A stretch of DNA of 32,000 nucleotides from an uncultured Actinomycetes bacterium (GTDB lineage Bacteria > Actinomycetota > Actinomycetes > S36-B12 > CAIYMF01), in the NCBI GenBank assembly GCA_963843975.1, contig CAWJMG010000003.1, forward strand, positions 1,380,001 to 1,412,000, given 5' to 3'. Positions 1 to 8,998 of the stretch are shown piece by piece. Under the pieces are notes generated by a model. It searched no databases. It had not been told where the DNA came from and saw only the letters and a list, made by a program, of their open reading frames with translations. Within the stretch, counting starts at the first letter, position 1. Every line of letters starts with the position of its first letter. The position numbers and the translations under genes were made by a program.

Positions 1-1
1 G

Positions 2-220
2 CGCTCGCTGCACCCGAAGGGCTGGAGCGACGACATCCGTCGCGCCGACGTCGTGCTCGACGTCGACGACATCGCGCGCCTCGCACCCATGCTCGGCGCA
101 CGCGTCGAGGTCGAGGCGGTGCCCGACGGCATCCACGACCTCGCCCTCGCCGAGGAGGGTCCGCGCGAGGAGGCCTTCCGCATGGTCACCGACTGGCTCA
201 CCCGAGTCCGCCAGGTCTGA
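2..220 (+). CDS. 3' end of an alpha/beta-hydrolase-like protein (partial, runs off the left edge)
   Basis: Open frame from the window edge to TGA at 218-220 with high GC3. The tail ...VPDGIHDLALAEEGPREEAFRMVTDWL resembles the C-terminal catalytic-His segment of lysophospholipase-type alpha/beta hydrolases. Family assignment is tentative. Confidence 0.45.
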   Translation, partial: RSLHPKGWSDDIRRADVVLDVDDIARLAPMLGARVEVEAVPDGIHDLALAEEGPREEAFRMVTDWLTRVRQV

Positions 221-226
221 CCGGCG

Positions 227-556
227 TCAGCCGTTCGACGACCGCTGCTGCTCGACGGCGTCGAAGAACCAGGCGGGGAGCATGCCCGTACGCCGCAGCG
301 CGCTCGACTCGTCGGGCGTGAGCCGGGCGGCCGCCGCCTCGACGGCCGGGCCATAGGTCGCGCGCACCTGCGTCTGCCGGTCGCGCACCACGTCGCGACC
401 CATCCCGCCGCTCAGCGCGCCGGCGATCGACCAGCCGCTGCCCTTGCTCCGTCGTTCGACCTCCGGCTCGGCCGCGAGCCAGGCCAGCCGGTCGTCGCCG
501 AGGTCCGTCAGCGACACATCAGCCGGCAGGTACGGCGGCCACTTCGCCTTCTTCAT
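227..556 (-). CDS. hypothetical protein, 109 aa, family not recognised
   Basis: C-terminal part of track ORF 227..1885. From ATG 556 (MKKAKWPPYLPADVSL...FFDAVEQQRSSNG) GC3 is very high, whereas the rest of the 552-aa ORF is Arg/Pro-rich shadow. An alternative ATG lies at 598. Confidence 0.55.
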   Translation of the reverse strand: MKKAKWPPYLPADVSLTDLGDDRLAWLAAEPEVERRSKGSGWSIAGALSGGMGRDVVRDRQTQVRATYGPAVEAAAARLTPDESSALRRTGMLPAWFFDAVEQQRSSNG

Positions 557-596
557 CGACGCCACGCGCAGATTCTGGCACTGGCAGGCTGGCTCC

Positions 597-1244
597 ATGA
601 CGCGCGTGCCCGAGGTCGACCATGTCGTGATGGGGGTCGCCGACCTCGACGAGGCAACGGCCTGGCTCGCCGACCAGGGGCTCACCGCGCTGCCCGGCGG
701 CACGCACCCGCACTGGGGCACGGCCAACCGCATCGTGCCGCTGGGGTCGGCGTACCTCGAGCTCGTCGCGGTCGTCGATCCGGACGTGGCCGCGGGCAGC
801 GCGTTCGGGTCGTGGGTCTCGGCCCAGGCGCGCGGCGACGCCGCGTGGGGCTGGGCGGTGCGGCCGCACGACATCGCAGCGACGTGCGAGCGCCTCGGCC
901 TCGACCTCGTGCCCGGCAGCCGCGTGCGGCCCGACGGCGTCACGCTCTCGTGGCAGCTCGCGGGAGTGCCCGACGAGCGGTCCGACCGCTCGCTCCCCTT
1001 CTTCATCGCCTGGGGCGACGGCGTCCCGATGCCCGGTGAGGCGGCGGTGACGCACGACGCCGGGACGGTGAGGCTGCGCAGCGTCACGGTCGGTGGCGAG
1101 CCCGAGGTGCTCGGGCCCTGGCTGGGTGGCGCGATGGACGGCGTGGTCGTCACAGCCGGCCGCGCCGGCGTGCTCGCCGTCGTGCTCACGACGCCGTCCG
1201 ACGAGATCACCCTGCGTCCGCCGCTCACGGAGAGCCGCCCATGA
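597..1244 (+). CDS. VOC / glyoxalase-like domain protein
   Basis: Internal ATG 597 of ORF 444..1244. MTRVPEVDHVVMGVADLDEATAWLADQGL...LPFFIAWG is typical of the glyoxalase-like (VOC) fold. Its stop overlaps the next start (ATGA at 1241-1244). Confidence 0.7.
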   Translation: MTRVPEVDHVVMGVADLDEATAWLADQGLTALPGGTHPHWGTANRIVPLGSAYLELVAVVDPDVAAGSAFGSWVSAQARGDAAWGWAVRPHDIAATCERLGLDLVPGSRVRPDGVTLSWQLAGVPDERSDRSLPFFIAWGDGVPMPGEAAVTHDAGTVRLRSVTVGGEPEVLGPWLGGAMDGVVVTAGRAGVLAVVLTTPSDEITLRPPLTESRP

Positions 1245-2008
1245 CCGTGCTCACGCCGGAGCAGGAGGTGTGGCGGTCGCGCGCGTGGGCGTCTTACCCG
1301 GGGATCCTCACGTTGTCGGGCGTCGGGCGCGACGACGACTCCGTGTTCCGGTCGCCGACCGTGTCCGGCGCCGACATGGGTGTGCCGCACCCGTGGGGAC
1401 TGCGCATCTGCGCCGGCGACGCTGCGCCGGATCCGTCGGACGCCGCGGCCGCGATCGCCTGGTGCACAAGGCGCGACGCCGGACACGGCTGGCGGGTGAG
1501 CGCGCCGGAGTCGCGATCCACCGACTGGGGCGAGCTCGAACGCGAGGAGCGCAGCGGCGTGTTCGCCACGGATGCCGCTGTCGCCGCAGCCTTCCCCCTC
1601 GTCGTCCCCGACGACGTGCGCCTCGACCACGACCCGACGTTGGCCGACATCCGCGCGGCGTACGGCGGATGGATGGCCGACGACCCGCTCGCAGCGCTGC
1701 TCGTGAGCGACGACGACCACGCGCACCCCGATCGCGCGTTCGTGGTCGCGCACCTGCACGGCGGGCCGGTCGGGTGCGCGTTCGTCTGGTGGGGTGAGGG
1801 CACGGCGTACCTGTCGGGCATCGGCGTCGTGGAGAGGCTGCGCGGACGCGGGATCGGCAACGCGCTGACCACGGCGGCGGCGCACGTCGGCGCGGCGCGC
1901 GCCGGCACCGACGTCGTGTGGATGTTCGCGACGACCGAGGGAGCGGCGCTCTACGGCCGCATGGGATTCGTGCTCGTCGACACCGAAGTGCAGCTGCGCG
2001 GCCGCTAG
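1241..2008 (+). CDS. GNAT family N-acetyltransferase
   Basis: C-terminal acetyl-CoA motif ...GIGVVERLRGRGIGNALTTAAA...YGRMGF. The ATG overlaps the upstream stop. Confidence 0.7.
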   Translation: MTVLTPEQEVWRSRAWASYPGILTLSGVGRDDDSVFRSPTVSGADMGVPHPWGLRICAGDAAPDPSDAAAAIAWCTRRDAGHGWRVSAPESRSTDWGELEREERSGVFATDAAVAAAFPLVVPDDVRLDHDPTLADIRAAYGGWMADDPLAALLVSDDDHAHPDRAFVVAHLHGGPVGCAFVWWGEGTAYLSGIGVVERLRGRGIGNALTTAAAHVGAARAGTDVVWMFATTEGAALYGRMGFVLVDTEVQLRGR

Positions 2009-2466
2009 CGATCGAGGCGGAACAGCAGGTATCCGTCGGACTCGTCGACGCCGTCCGGCACGAAGCCCGCCTTCGCCAGCACCCGCTGGGAGGCGACGTT
2101 GTGCGGCACGACCCCGGCCTGCAGCGGACGGATCGGCTCCTCGGCGAGGATCAGCCGGACGGCGCGGGTGGCGATGCCCCGCCCCCAGTGGCCACGGTCG
2201 ATCCAGTAGCCCACCTCGCGGCCGCCGTGCGCGTCGAAGCTGCCGATGTTGCCCACCACGACGCCGTCGGCCTCGATCACGCGGTAGCGCACCTCGGGGT
2301 CGGCGCGGATCCCCGCGAGGTGGGCGAGGAACGCCTCGCGGTCACGCGACGGGAAGTCGGCCATCGCCGCAGCCTCGGGATCGGCCTGGTGCGCGAAGAG
2401 CGCGTCGACGTCGTCGTCACGCGCCTCGCGCAGCGAGACGGTCGTGGGCTCGGGTTTCGTCTGCAC
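2005..2466 (-). CDS. GNAT family N-acetyltransferase (RimJ/RimL-like)
   Basis: C-terminal 153 aa of track ORF 2005..3687 from GTG 2466: ...GYWIDRGHWGRGIATRAVRLIL...NVASQRVLAKAGF. The upstream part of that ORF is shadow of glyQS. Confidence 0.75.
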   Translation of the reverse strand: MQTKPEPTTVSLREARDDDVDALFAHQADPEAAAMADFPSRDREAFLAHLAGIRADPEVRYRVIEADGVVVGNIGSFDAHGGREVGYWIDRGHWGRGIATRAVRLILAEEPIRPLQAGVVPHNVASQRVLAKAGFVPDGVDESDGYLLFRLDR

Positions 2467-2525
2467 GGGCACATCCTGCCCGGCACCACCGACGGCGGCG
2501 CCGGGCCCGGACGGCGTCCAGGCGG

Positions 2526-3908
<1,383 letters not shown>

Positions 3909-4030
3909 GGCTGGGTGGGCTCCATCCGGCTGGAATGTCGGCGAGGGTTGTCCGCACGCGTTCGGTGCGCGGGTTCAGGTTACGCGACGGTACGGCCGCA
4001 CCCGTGCGGGGTTCTGCGCCCGAGCGGGCG

Positions 4031-4426
4031 TCAGCCGAAGTCGCCGCGGCTCACGTGCGGCGCCGCGGCCTCGCCGAGCCCGACCTCGTCGGCATCGGCG
4101 CCGCGGGCGGAGGGGCTCTCGACCACGGAGTCCGGCGTGCGCGCGACGAGCACCTCGTACGCCGTCGCCTCGTCGACCGCCGTCTGCAGGAACGGCCAGC
4201 GCAGCTTCACCTCGTACGCCGACAGCGCCCGACGGTAGGAGCCGACGTCCTGCCACTCGGTCGCGAGCACGAGCAGGTCGGGCTCGTCGACGGCCCGCGC
4301 GAGCCAGCCGCGGACGTAGCCCGGGAGGCCCGAGAGCACGGCGAGGAGGTCGCGCGCGGCGTCGAGCGCCTCCGGGGTGGAGGCGAACCCGGCGAGCGGG
4401 AGGCGGTGACGGGTGACGACGAGCAC
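4031..4426 (-). CDS. antibiotic-biosynthesis-monooxygenase (ABM) domain protein
   Basis: GTG 4426 within ORF 4031..4570. VLVVTRHRL...LLVLATEWQDVGSYRRALSAYEV fits the ferredoxin-like ABM pattern. High GC3. Confidence 0.6.
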   Translation of the reverse strand: MLVVTRHRLPLAGFASTPEALDAARDLLAVLSGLPGYVRGWLARAVDEPDLLVLATEWQDVGSYRRALSAYEVKLRWPFLQTAVDEATAYEVLVARTPDSVVESPSARGADADEVGLGEAAAPHVSRGDFG

Positions 4427-4517
4427 GCCCCCACCGTAGGGCGCGCCCCGGGGATGCGACGATGGGGCACCGGAGCCTCCGGACCTGCTCCGCTCCCCCG
4501 CATCGAGGATCGAACCC

Positions 4518-4916
4518 GTGCCCCAGAGCAAGCGCCACCCCGCACGGCGCCCCGAGAAGCGCCCGGCCAAGCCGACGCACTCGCCGCGCTCGACGAACCC
4601 CAGCCGCCGAAGCGAGCCCGCGGCACCGTCCTCGCCGGGACGTCGACGCCTCGAGGTCGCGAGCGCCGGCCCCCTCGCCCTGCTGCACCGTCTCCCGTCC
4701 TGGCTAGTGCCCGCGCTGCTCGCACTCCTGCTGGTCCTCGGCCTCGCCGTCCCCTACGCGTGGTCGGCCGTGTTCCTGCTCCCGGTGGCCGCGTTTCTCA
4801 GCTGGCTGCTCGCTCTCGCCTGGCCCGTCCTCAACGGCCGCGGGCGGTTGATGCGCGTGATCGTGATCGCCCTCGTGCTCGCGGCGGCCGTGGCCCGGTT
4901 CGTCTCGCTGATCTAG
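4518..4916 (+). CDS. small membrane protein with basic Pro/Arg-rich N-terminus and 3 predicted TM helices (possibly DUF6703-like)
   Basis: GTG 4518 is preceded by GAGGA. The hydrophobic stretches are LVPALLALLLVLGLAV, AVFLLPVAAFLSWLLALAW and VIVIALVLAAAVA. Confidence 0.6.
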   Translation: MPQSKRHPARRPEKRPAKPTHSPRSTNPSRRSEPAAPSSPGRRRLEVASAGPLALLHRLPSWLVPALLALLLVLGLAVPYAWSAVFLLPVAAFLSWLLALAWPVLNGRGRLMRVIVIALVLAAAVARFVSLI

Positions 4917-4939
4917 TCCCGAACGACCACCGCGCTCGA

Positions 4940-4962
4940 TTGAGATTGACAATCATTCTCAA
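4940..4962. promoter_or_regulatory. candidate Zur box (zinc-uptake-regulator operator) upstream of the ZIP-zur operon
   Basis: TTGAGATTGACAATCATTCTCAA is an imperfect palindrome (9 of 11 arm pairs complementary) in the most AT-rich spot of the region. Its core TGACAATCATTCTCA (4947-4961) matches 12/15 of the actinobacterial Zur consensus TGAAAATGATTTTCA as I recall it. It ends 20 nt before the ZIP start and overlaps a TTGACA -35-like hexamer. Confidence 0.6.
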
Positions 4963-4981
4963 CTACTGCAGGGTCGGCGTC

Positions 4982-5731
4982 GTGCCCCTGCTGCTGGCCC
5001 TCGCCACCGTCGTCTCGACGACCCTGGGCGGCATCGTCGCCCTCCGTGCCCGTGACCGGATGCACCTCGTGCTCGGGGCGTCGGCCGGAGTGATGCTCGG
5101 CCTGGTCGCGTTCGACCTGCTGCCCGAGGTGTTCCACCTCTCCGAGAGCGCGACGAACGAGGCGGACGGTGCCCACGGCCACGGGGCCGTGCCCTGGGCG
5201 ATGGTCGCGTTCATCGTCGGCTTCCTCGCGCTGCACGTCGTCGAGCGCGCGGCCGGCGTGCACGAGCCGATCGACAGCGAGTACAGCGAGCACCGCCACA
5301 ACCTCGCCGGCTCCCTCGGTGCGATCGGCCTCATCGTCCACTCCTTCCTGGACGGCCTCGCGATCGGTCTGGCCTTCAAGATCGACACCTCGGTCGGATG
5401 GGCCGTCGCGGTCGCCGTCCTCGCGCACGACTTCGCCGACGGCCTGAACACCGTGACCCTCATGCGCCGTGCCGGCCATGACCGGCGCCGCACGATCGGG
5501 GCTCTGGCGCTCGACGCGCTCGCCCCTGTGGCGGGCGTGCTCGTCGCCGGTGCGCTGTCGCCGTCCGACGGCATCCTCGCGATCTACCTCGGCGCGTTCG
5601 CGGGCCTGCTCACGTATCTCGCGACCGCCGACATCCTGCCGGAGGCGCATGCCCACCACCCGTCGCGCATGACGCTCGTCGCCACCCTGGGCGGCGTCGG
5701 CCTCATGTACGCCGTCACGTCCCTGAGCTGA
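4982..5731 (+). CDS. ZIP family metal (zinc) transporter, ZupT-like
   Basis: GTG 4982 within track ORF 3935..5731. 249 aa and multi-TM, with motifs HSFLDGLAIG and LAHDFADGL plus a His-rich loop (GAHGHG, SEHRH). The upstream part of the ORF is shadow. Confidence 0.85.
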   Translation: MPLLLALATVVSTTLGGIVALRARDRMHLVLGASAGVMLGLVAFDLLPEVFHLSESATNEADGAHGHGAVPWAMVAFIVGFLALHVVERAAGVHEPIDSEYSEHRHNLAGSLGAIGLIVHSFLDGLAIGLAFKIDTSVGWAVAVAVLAHDFADGLNTVTLMRRAGHDRRRTIGALALDALAPVAGVLVAGALSPSDGILAIYLGAFAGLLTYLATADILPEAHAHHPSRMTLVATLGGVGLMYAVTSLS

Positions 5732-5741
5732 GCTGGCTGCG

Positions 5742-6143
5742 ATGTCCACGACCCCCGCCCCCCGCCGCACGACCAGGCAGCGCGAAGCAGTTCGGACGGT
5801 CCTCGACGACCTCGACGGGTTCCGCAGCGCGCAGCAGATCCATGCCGAGCTCGGACGTCGCGACGACTCGGTCGGGCTCTCGACGGTCTACCGGACCCTC
5901 GCAGCGATGGCGACCGACGGCGAGATCGACTCGCTGCTCACCGACGACGGCGAGACCGTCTACCGCCGCTGCGAGGGCGGCACGCACCACCACCATCTGG
6001 TGTGCCGCCAGTGCGGGGCGACGGTCGAGATCGACGGCCCCGCCGTGGAGACGTGGGCCGACCGCATGGCGGCCGAGCACGGGTACGACGACGTCAGCCA
6101 CACGCTCGAGATCTTCGGCCGCTGCGCCGCCTGCCGCGCCTGA
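5742..6143 (+). CDS. zur: Fur family transcriptional regulator, zinc uptake regulator
   Basis: 133 aa. Winged-helix segment LSTVYRTLAAMATDGEI, then HHHHLVCRQCG...GRCAACR (two CxxC pairs). It starts 10 nt after the ZIP stop. Zur sits near glyS/uppS/recO in mycobacteria. Confidence 0.85.
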   Translation: MSTTPAPRRTTRQREAVRTVLDDLDGFRSAQQIHAELGRRDDSVGLSTVYRTLAAMATDGEIDSLLTDDGETVYRRCEGGTHHHHLVCRQCGATVEIDGPAVETWADRMAAEHGYDDVSHTLEIFGRCAACRA

Positions 6144-6157
6144 CGCTGCTCCCGGGC

Positions 6158-7085
6158 TCAGGCGTGGGTGGCTGCCTCGTGCTCGCGGTGCGTCTCCGGC
6201 TCGAGCTGGAACGTGCAGTGGTCGACGTCGAAGTGGTCGGCGAGGCAGTCGCACAGCGCGTCGAGCACTGCGGCCGCTCCTCCGTCGGCCAGCGCCTCGT
6301 CGGTGCAAACGACGTGCACCGAGAGCACCGGCACGCCGGACGTCAGTGCCCAGACGTGCAGGTCGTGCGCGTCGATGACGCCGGGGGTCTCGAGGATGTG
6401 CTGGCGCACCTCGTCGATGTCGACGTTCTTCGGAGTCGCCTGCAGGAGGACGTCGATCGCATCCCGGAGGAGCGACCACACCCGAGGCAGGATCATCAGC
6501 GCGACGGCGACGGACGCCACGACGTCCGCCCGGGCCCAGCCCGCGGTCCACACGAGGACGGCGGCCACGATGACCGCGACCGAGCCGAGGGCGTCGCCGA
6601 CCACCTCGAGGTAGGCGCCGCGGACGTTGAGGCTGTCGCGCGAGCCCTGCCGAAGCAGGAGCACGCCGACGATGTTCGCCACCAGGCCGACCAGGGCGAA
6701 CACCAGCATCAGCGGCCCGTCCACGTCGACGGGCGACTCCCAGCGGATCCAGGCTTCGACGAGCACGTAGGCCGCGACGGCGAGCAGCAGCATGGCGTTG
6801 ACGACGGCCGCGAGTATCTCGAGGCGGTAGTAGCCGTACGTGCGTTGCGGCGTCGCCGGGCGTGAGGCGAAGGTGACCGCGAGCACCGCGAGCAGGATCC
6901 CGGCCACGTCCGTGGCCATGTGGCCCGCGTCCGCCAGCAGCGCGAGGCTGCCGGTGAGGCGCGCGCCGACGCAGCTCGGCGACCAGGACGAACGACGTGA
7001 TCGCGAGCACGACCACGAGGCGCGAGCGGTGGGCGCCACCGGCGCTCACCGACGGGCCGTGCGAGTGGCCGTGACCGGCGCCCAT
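6158..7085 (-). pseudogene. cation diffusion facilitator (CzcD/ZitB-like) exporter, reading frame broken by a 1-nt insertion near 6971
   Basis: Frame A from ATG 7085 gives MGAGHGHSHGPSVSAGGAHRSRLVVVLAITSFVLVAEL (His-rich N-terminus plus TM1). The remainder, VGARLTGSLALLADAGHMATD... to the stop at 6158, is in another frame (track ORF 6158..7039). See the finding. Confidence 0.8.
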
Positions 7086-7086
7086 G

Positions 7087-7950
7087 TCAGCCCGCCGTGG
7101 AGCTGCCGGTGCCGAACAGCTCCTCGTTGGGGATCGCGCCGCCGTAGCGGCGGTCGCGGCCGGCGTACTGCTCGCACGCCCACCAGAGGTGCCGGCGGTC
7201 GAAGTCCGGCCACAACGTGGGGACGAACACCATCTCGGCATACGCCGACTGCCACAGCAGGAAGTTGCTCGTGCGCTGCTCACCGGACGACCGCACGAAC
7301 AGGTCGACGTCGGGCATGTCGGGCTCGTCGAGATAGCGCGCGATCGTCTTCTCGTCGACCTTGCCCGGGTCGAGCCTGCCTGCGGCGACCTCGCGCGCGA
7401 TCGCCCGTGCCGCATCGGCGATCTCGGCGCGGCCGCCGTAGTTGACGCACATCGTCAGGGTGAGGGTGGAGTTGCCGGCGGTCATCCGCTCGGCCTCCTC
7501 GAGCTCGTCGACGACCGACTTCCAGAGGCGCGGACGCCGCCCGGCCCAGCGCACGCGCACCCCGAGGTCGTGCATCTCGTCGCGTCGGCGGCGGATCACG
7601 TCACGGTTGAAGCCCATGAGGAAGCGCACCTCGTCGGGCGAGCGCTTCCAGTTCTCGGTGGAGAAGGCGTACGCCGAGATCCATCCCACGCCGACCTCGA
7701 TCGCACCGTGGACGACGTCGAGCAGGCTGGCCTCGCCGGCCTCGTGCCCGGCCGTGCGCGGCAGGCCGCGGTCCTTTGCCCAGCGGCCGTTGCCGTCCAT
7801 GACGATGGCGACGTGCCGAGGCACCTGGTCGGCCGGGATGTCGGGAGCGGTCGCTCCGCTCGGGTGCGGGCGCGGTGGTGAGACGGGCGTCGCGCGAGGG
7901 GTCACGCGTGCGCCGTCACGTCCGCGGGTACGTCGTCCTGCCACGTGCAC
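7087..7950 (-). CDS. uppS: isoprenyl (undecaprenyl/decaprenyl) diphosphate synthase, cis-prenyltransferase
   Basis: [24 protein letters not shown]...[12 protein letters not shown]...[15 protein letters not shown] are canonical UppS motifs. GTG start at 7950 (exact start uncertain). Confidence 0.9.
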   Translation of the reverse strand: MHVAGRRTRGRDGARVTPRATPVSPPRPHPSGATAPDIPADQVPRHVAIVMDGNGRWAKDRGLPRTAGHEAGEASLLDVVHGAIEVGVGWISAYAFSTENWKRSPDEVRFLMGFNRDVIRRRRDEMHDLGVRVRWAGRRPRLWKSVVDELEEAERMTAGNSTLTLTMCVNYGGRAEIADAARAIAREVAAGRLDPGKVDEKTIARYLDEPDMPDVDLFVRSSGEQRTSNFLLWQSAYAEMVFVPTLWPDFDRRHLWWACEQYAGRDRRYGGAIPNEELFGTGSSTAG

Positions 7951-7993
7951 ATCGTGGCACCACGGCCGGTCGAACCGGGCACGCGACCCGGGC

Positions 7994-8860
7994 TCAGACC
8001 GCGGCGACCCTGCGGTCGACCGTGTGGGCGAGGATCTCGTCGACGACGAGCTGCGGTGCGTGGGTGTGCGGGTGGTGGGTAGCGCCCTCGACCACGACGA
8101 ACCGGCTGCCCGGCAGGAGCGCGTGCGCGTCGACGCCGTGCTGCATCGGCAGCATCGGGTCCTGGTCGCCCCAGATGATGAGGACGCGGCTCGGGTCGAG
8201 GCCCGTCATCTTCTCGAGCGCCGACACGCGCTGGCCCTCGGGGCCGACGACGCTGCGGACGGTCGAGAGGAACGCCGCCAGACGACGGGCGTCGCGCATG
8301 TCCTCGAGCTTGGCGAGGGCGCGCGGGTTGAGCGCCTCCGGCTCGACGCCGTGCTTCGCGAGCCTGGCGGCGACCCAGCGGGCGGCGCGCACCGAGCGCG
8401 CGCTGCAGGCCGCACGCAGGACGAGCTCGGATCCCGGAAGGCTCGCCGCCCGCAGGCTGATGCCGACGTCGGCCCCGAGGCCGCCGCTGGAGATCAGCGT
8501 GAGCGACTCGAGCAGGTGCGGGAACTGGTAGGCGAGCTGCAGGCTCACTCCCCCGCCGAGCGAGTGCCCGACGAGGTGGATCCGCTCGTGGCCGAGGTGC
8601 TCGAGCAGGTCGCGGATCGCGCTGGCGTTGGCGCCCAGGCTGAAGTCGCCGTTGCCGACCCCGGAACCGCCGTGGCCGAGCAGGTCGACCGCGACCACCG
8701 CGCGGCCGGCCGCGGCGAGCCGCTGCGGGATGTCGCCCCAGGTGTCGATGGACGAGCCCACGCCGTGCACGAGCACCACGGGCACACCGGTGCCGGGCAG
8801 CTCGACGTACGCGATCTCGTGACCGGGGAGCGCCGCGGTGCGGCGTCGGATCGGGCTCAT
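7994..8860 (-). CDS. alpha/beta hydrolase fold protein
   Basis: 288 aa with an HGVGSS oxyanion region, a GHSLGG nucleophile elbow and a C-terminal His. ATG 8860 is preceded by AAAGAGG. Confidence 0.8.
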   Translation of the reverse strand: MSPIRRRTAALPGHEIAYVELPGTGVPVVLVHGVGSSIDTWGDIPQRLAAAGRAVVAVDLLGHGGSGVGNGDFSLGANASAIRDLLEHLGHERIHLVGHSLGGGVSLQLAYQFPHLLESLTLISSGGLGADVGISLRAASLPGSELVLRAACSARSVRAARWVAARLAKHGVEPEALNPRALAKLEDMRDARRLAAFLSTVRSVVGPEGQRVSALEKMTGLDPSRVLIIWGDQDPMLPMQHGVDAHALLPGSRFVVVEGATHHPHTHAPQLVVDEILAHTVDRRVAAV

Positions 8861-8876
8861 GCTGACCTCTTTCGTA

Positions 8877-8919
8877 ACCTACGCTAGCGTAAGTATACGC
8901 ATGAGTAACCTACGGTCAA
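8877..8919 (-). promoter_or_regulatory. candidate promoter (-35 TTGACC, -10 TATACT) plus palindromic operator for the hydrolase gene
   Basis: The minus strand reads TTGACC (8919-8914), a 16-nt spacer, TATACT (8897-8892), then the perfect palindrome TACGCTAGCGTA (8891-8880), which extends to 18 bp with one mismatch (8877-8894). SD and ATG 8860 follow. Confidence 0.4.
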
Positions 8920-8971
8920 GTAACCACGATCCGTGCTCAGATGAGGGCAGATCCCAGGGTCCTGAGGCCGA

Positions 8972-8990
8972 CGCGGCCGCGAAGGCCGCG
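8972..8990 (-). terminator. hairpin downstream of recO
   Basis: CGCGGCC-gcgaa-GGCCGCG: a 7-bp GC stem 9 nt after the recO stop. There is no U-tract, which is common in high-GC actinobacteria. Confidence 0.35.
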
Positions 8991-8998
8991 CATCCGGC

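Noticed and set aside
576-590. TGGCAC-N5-GGCT resembling a sigma-54 (-24/-12) promoter.
   Set aside because: The -12 element does not match TTGC(A/T), Actinobacteria generally lack RpoN, and the match is produced by the CTGGCA tandem repeat.
1998-2014. Back-to-back NotI (GCGGCCGC), NheI (GCTAGC) and PvuI (CGATCG) sites that look like a synthetic cloning linker.
   Set aside because: The bases are fully explained by the last codons and stop codons of the two convergent GNAT genes (…RGR* and …FRLDR*). GC-rich palindromes are frequent at this base composition.
3909-4030. Possible T-box leader upstream of glyQS.
   Set aside because: The spacer is only about 120 nt and is mostly accounted for by short hairpins after the ABM gene. 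No specifier loop or T-box sequence (AANNNGGGTGGTACCGCG-like) is visible.
4507-4517. GGATCGAACCC resembling the reverse complement of a tRNA T-arm.
   Set aside because: No complementary T-stem, acceptor stem or anticodon arm can be drawn around it. It lies in the SD/start region (GAGGA ... GTG 4518) of a protein gene.
4946-4948. In-frame TTG at 4946 as an alternative, longer start for the ZIP transporter.
   Set aside because: It lies inside the putative Zur box/-35 region and adds a non-hydrophobic, low-GC3 extension. GTG 4982 begins directly at TM1.
5715-7415. Very long ORFs in the track, e.g. 5715..7415(-), 8937..11105(-), 12990..14378(+), 15597..17621(+), 19506..21326(+), 3935..4981(+) and 227..1885(-) upstream of 556.
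   Set aside because: Their translations are Arg/Pro/Gly/Ala-rich low-complexity strings, typical of off-frame or antisense reading of >70% GC coding DNA. They overlap genes with clear family signatures and have lower GC3 than the chosen frames.
8874-8914. TAGGTTA / TAACCTA repeats resembling IdeR/DtxR iron-box half-sites (TTAGGTTAGGCTAACCTAA).
   Set aside because: The copies are direct repeats 31 bp apart, not an adjacent 19-bp palindrome, so no full iron box can be aligned.
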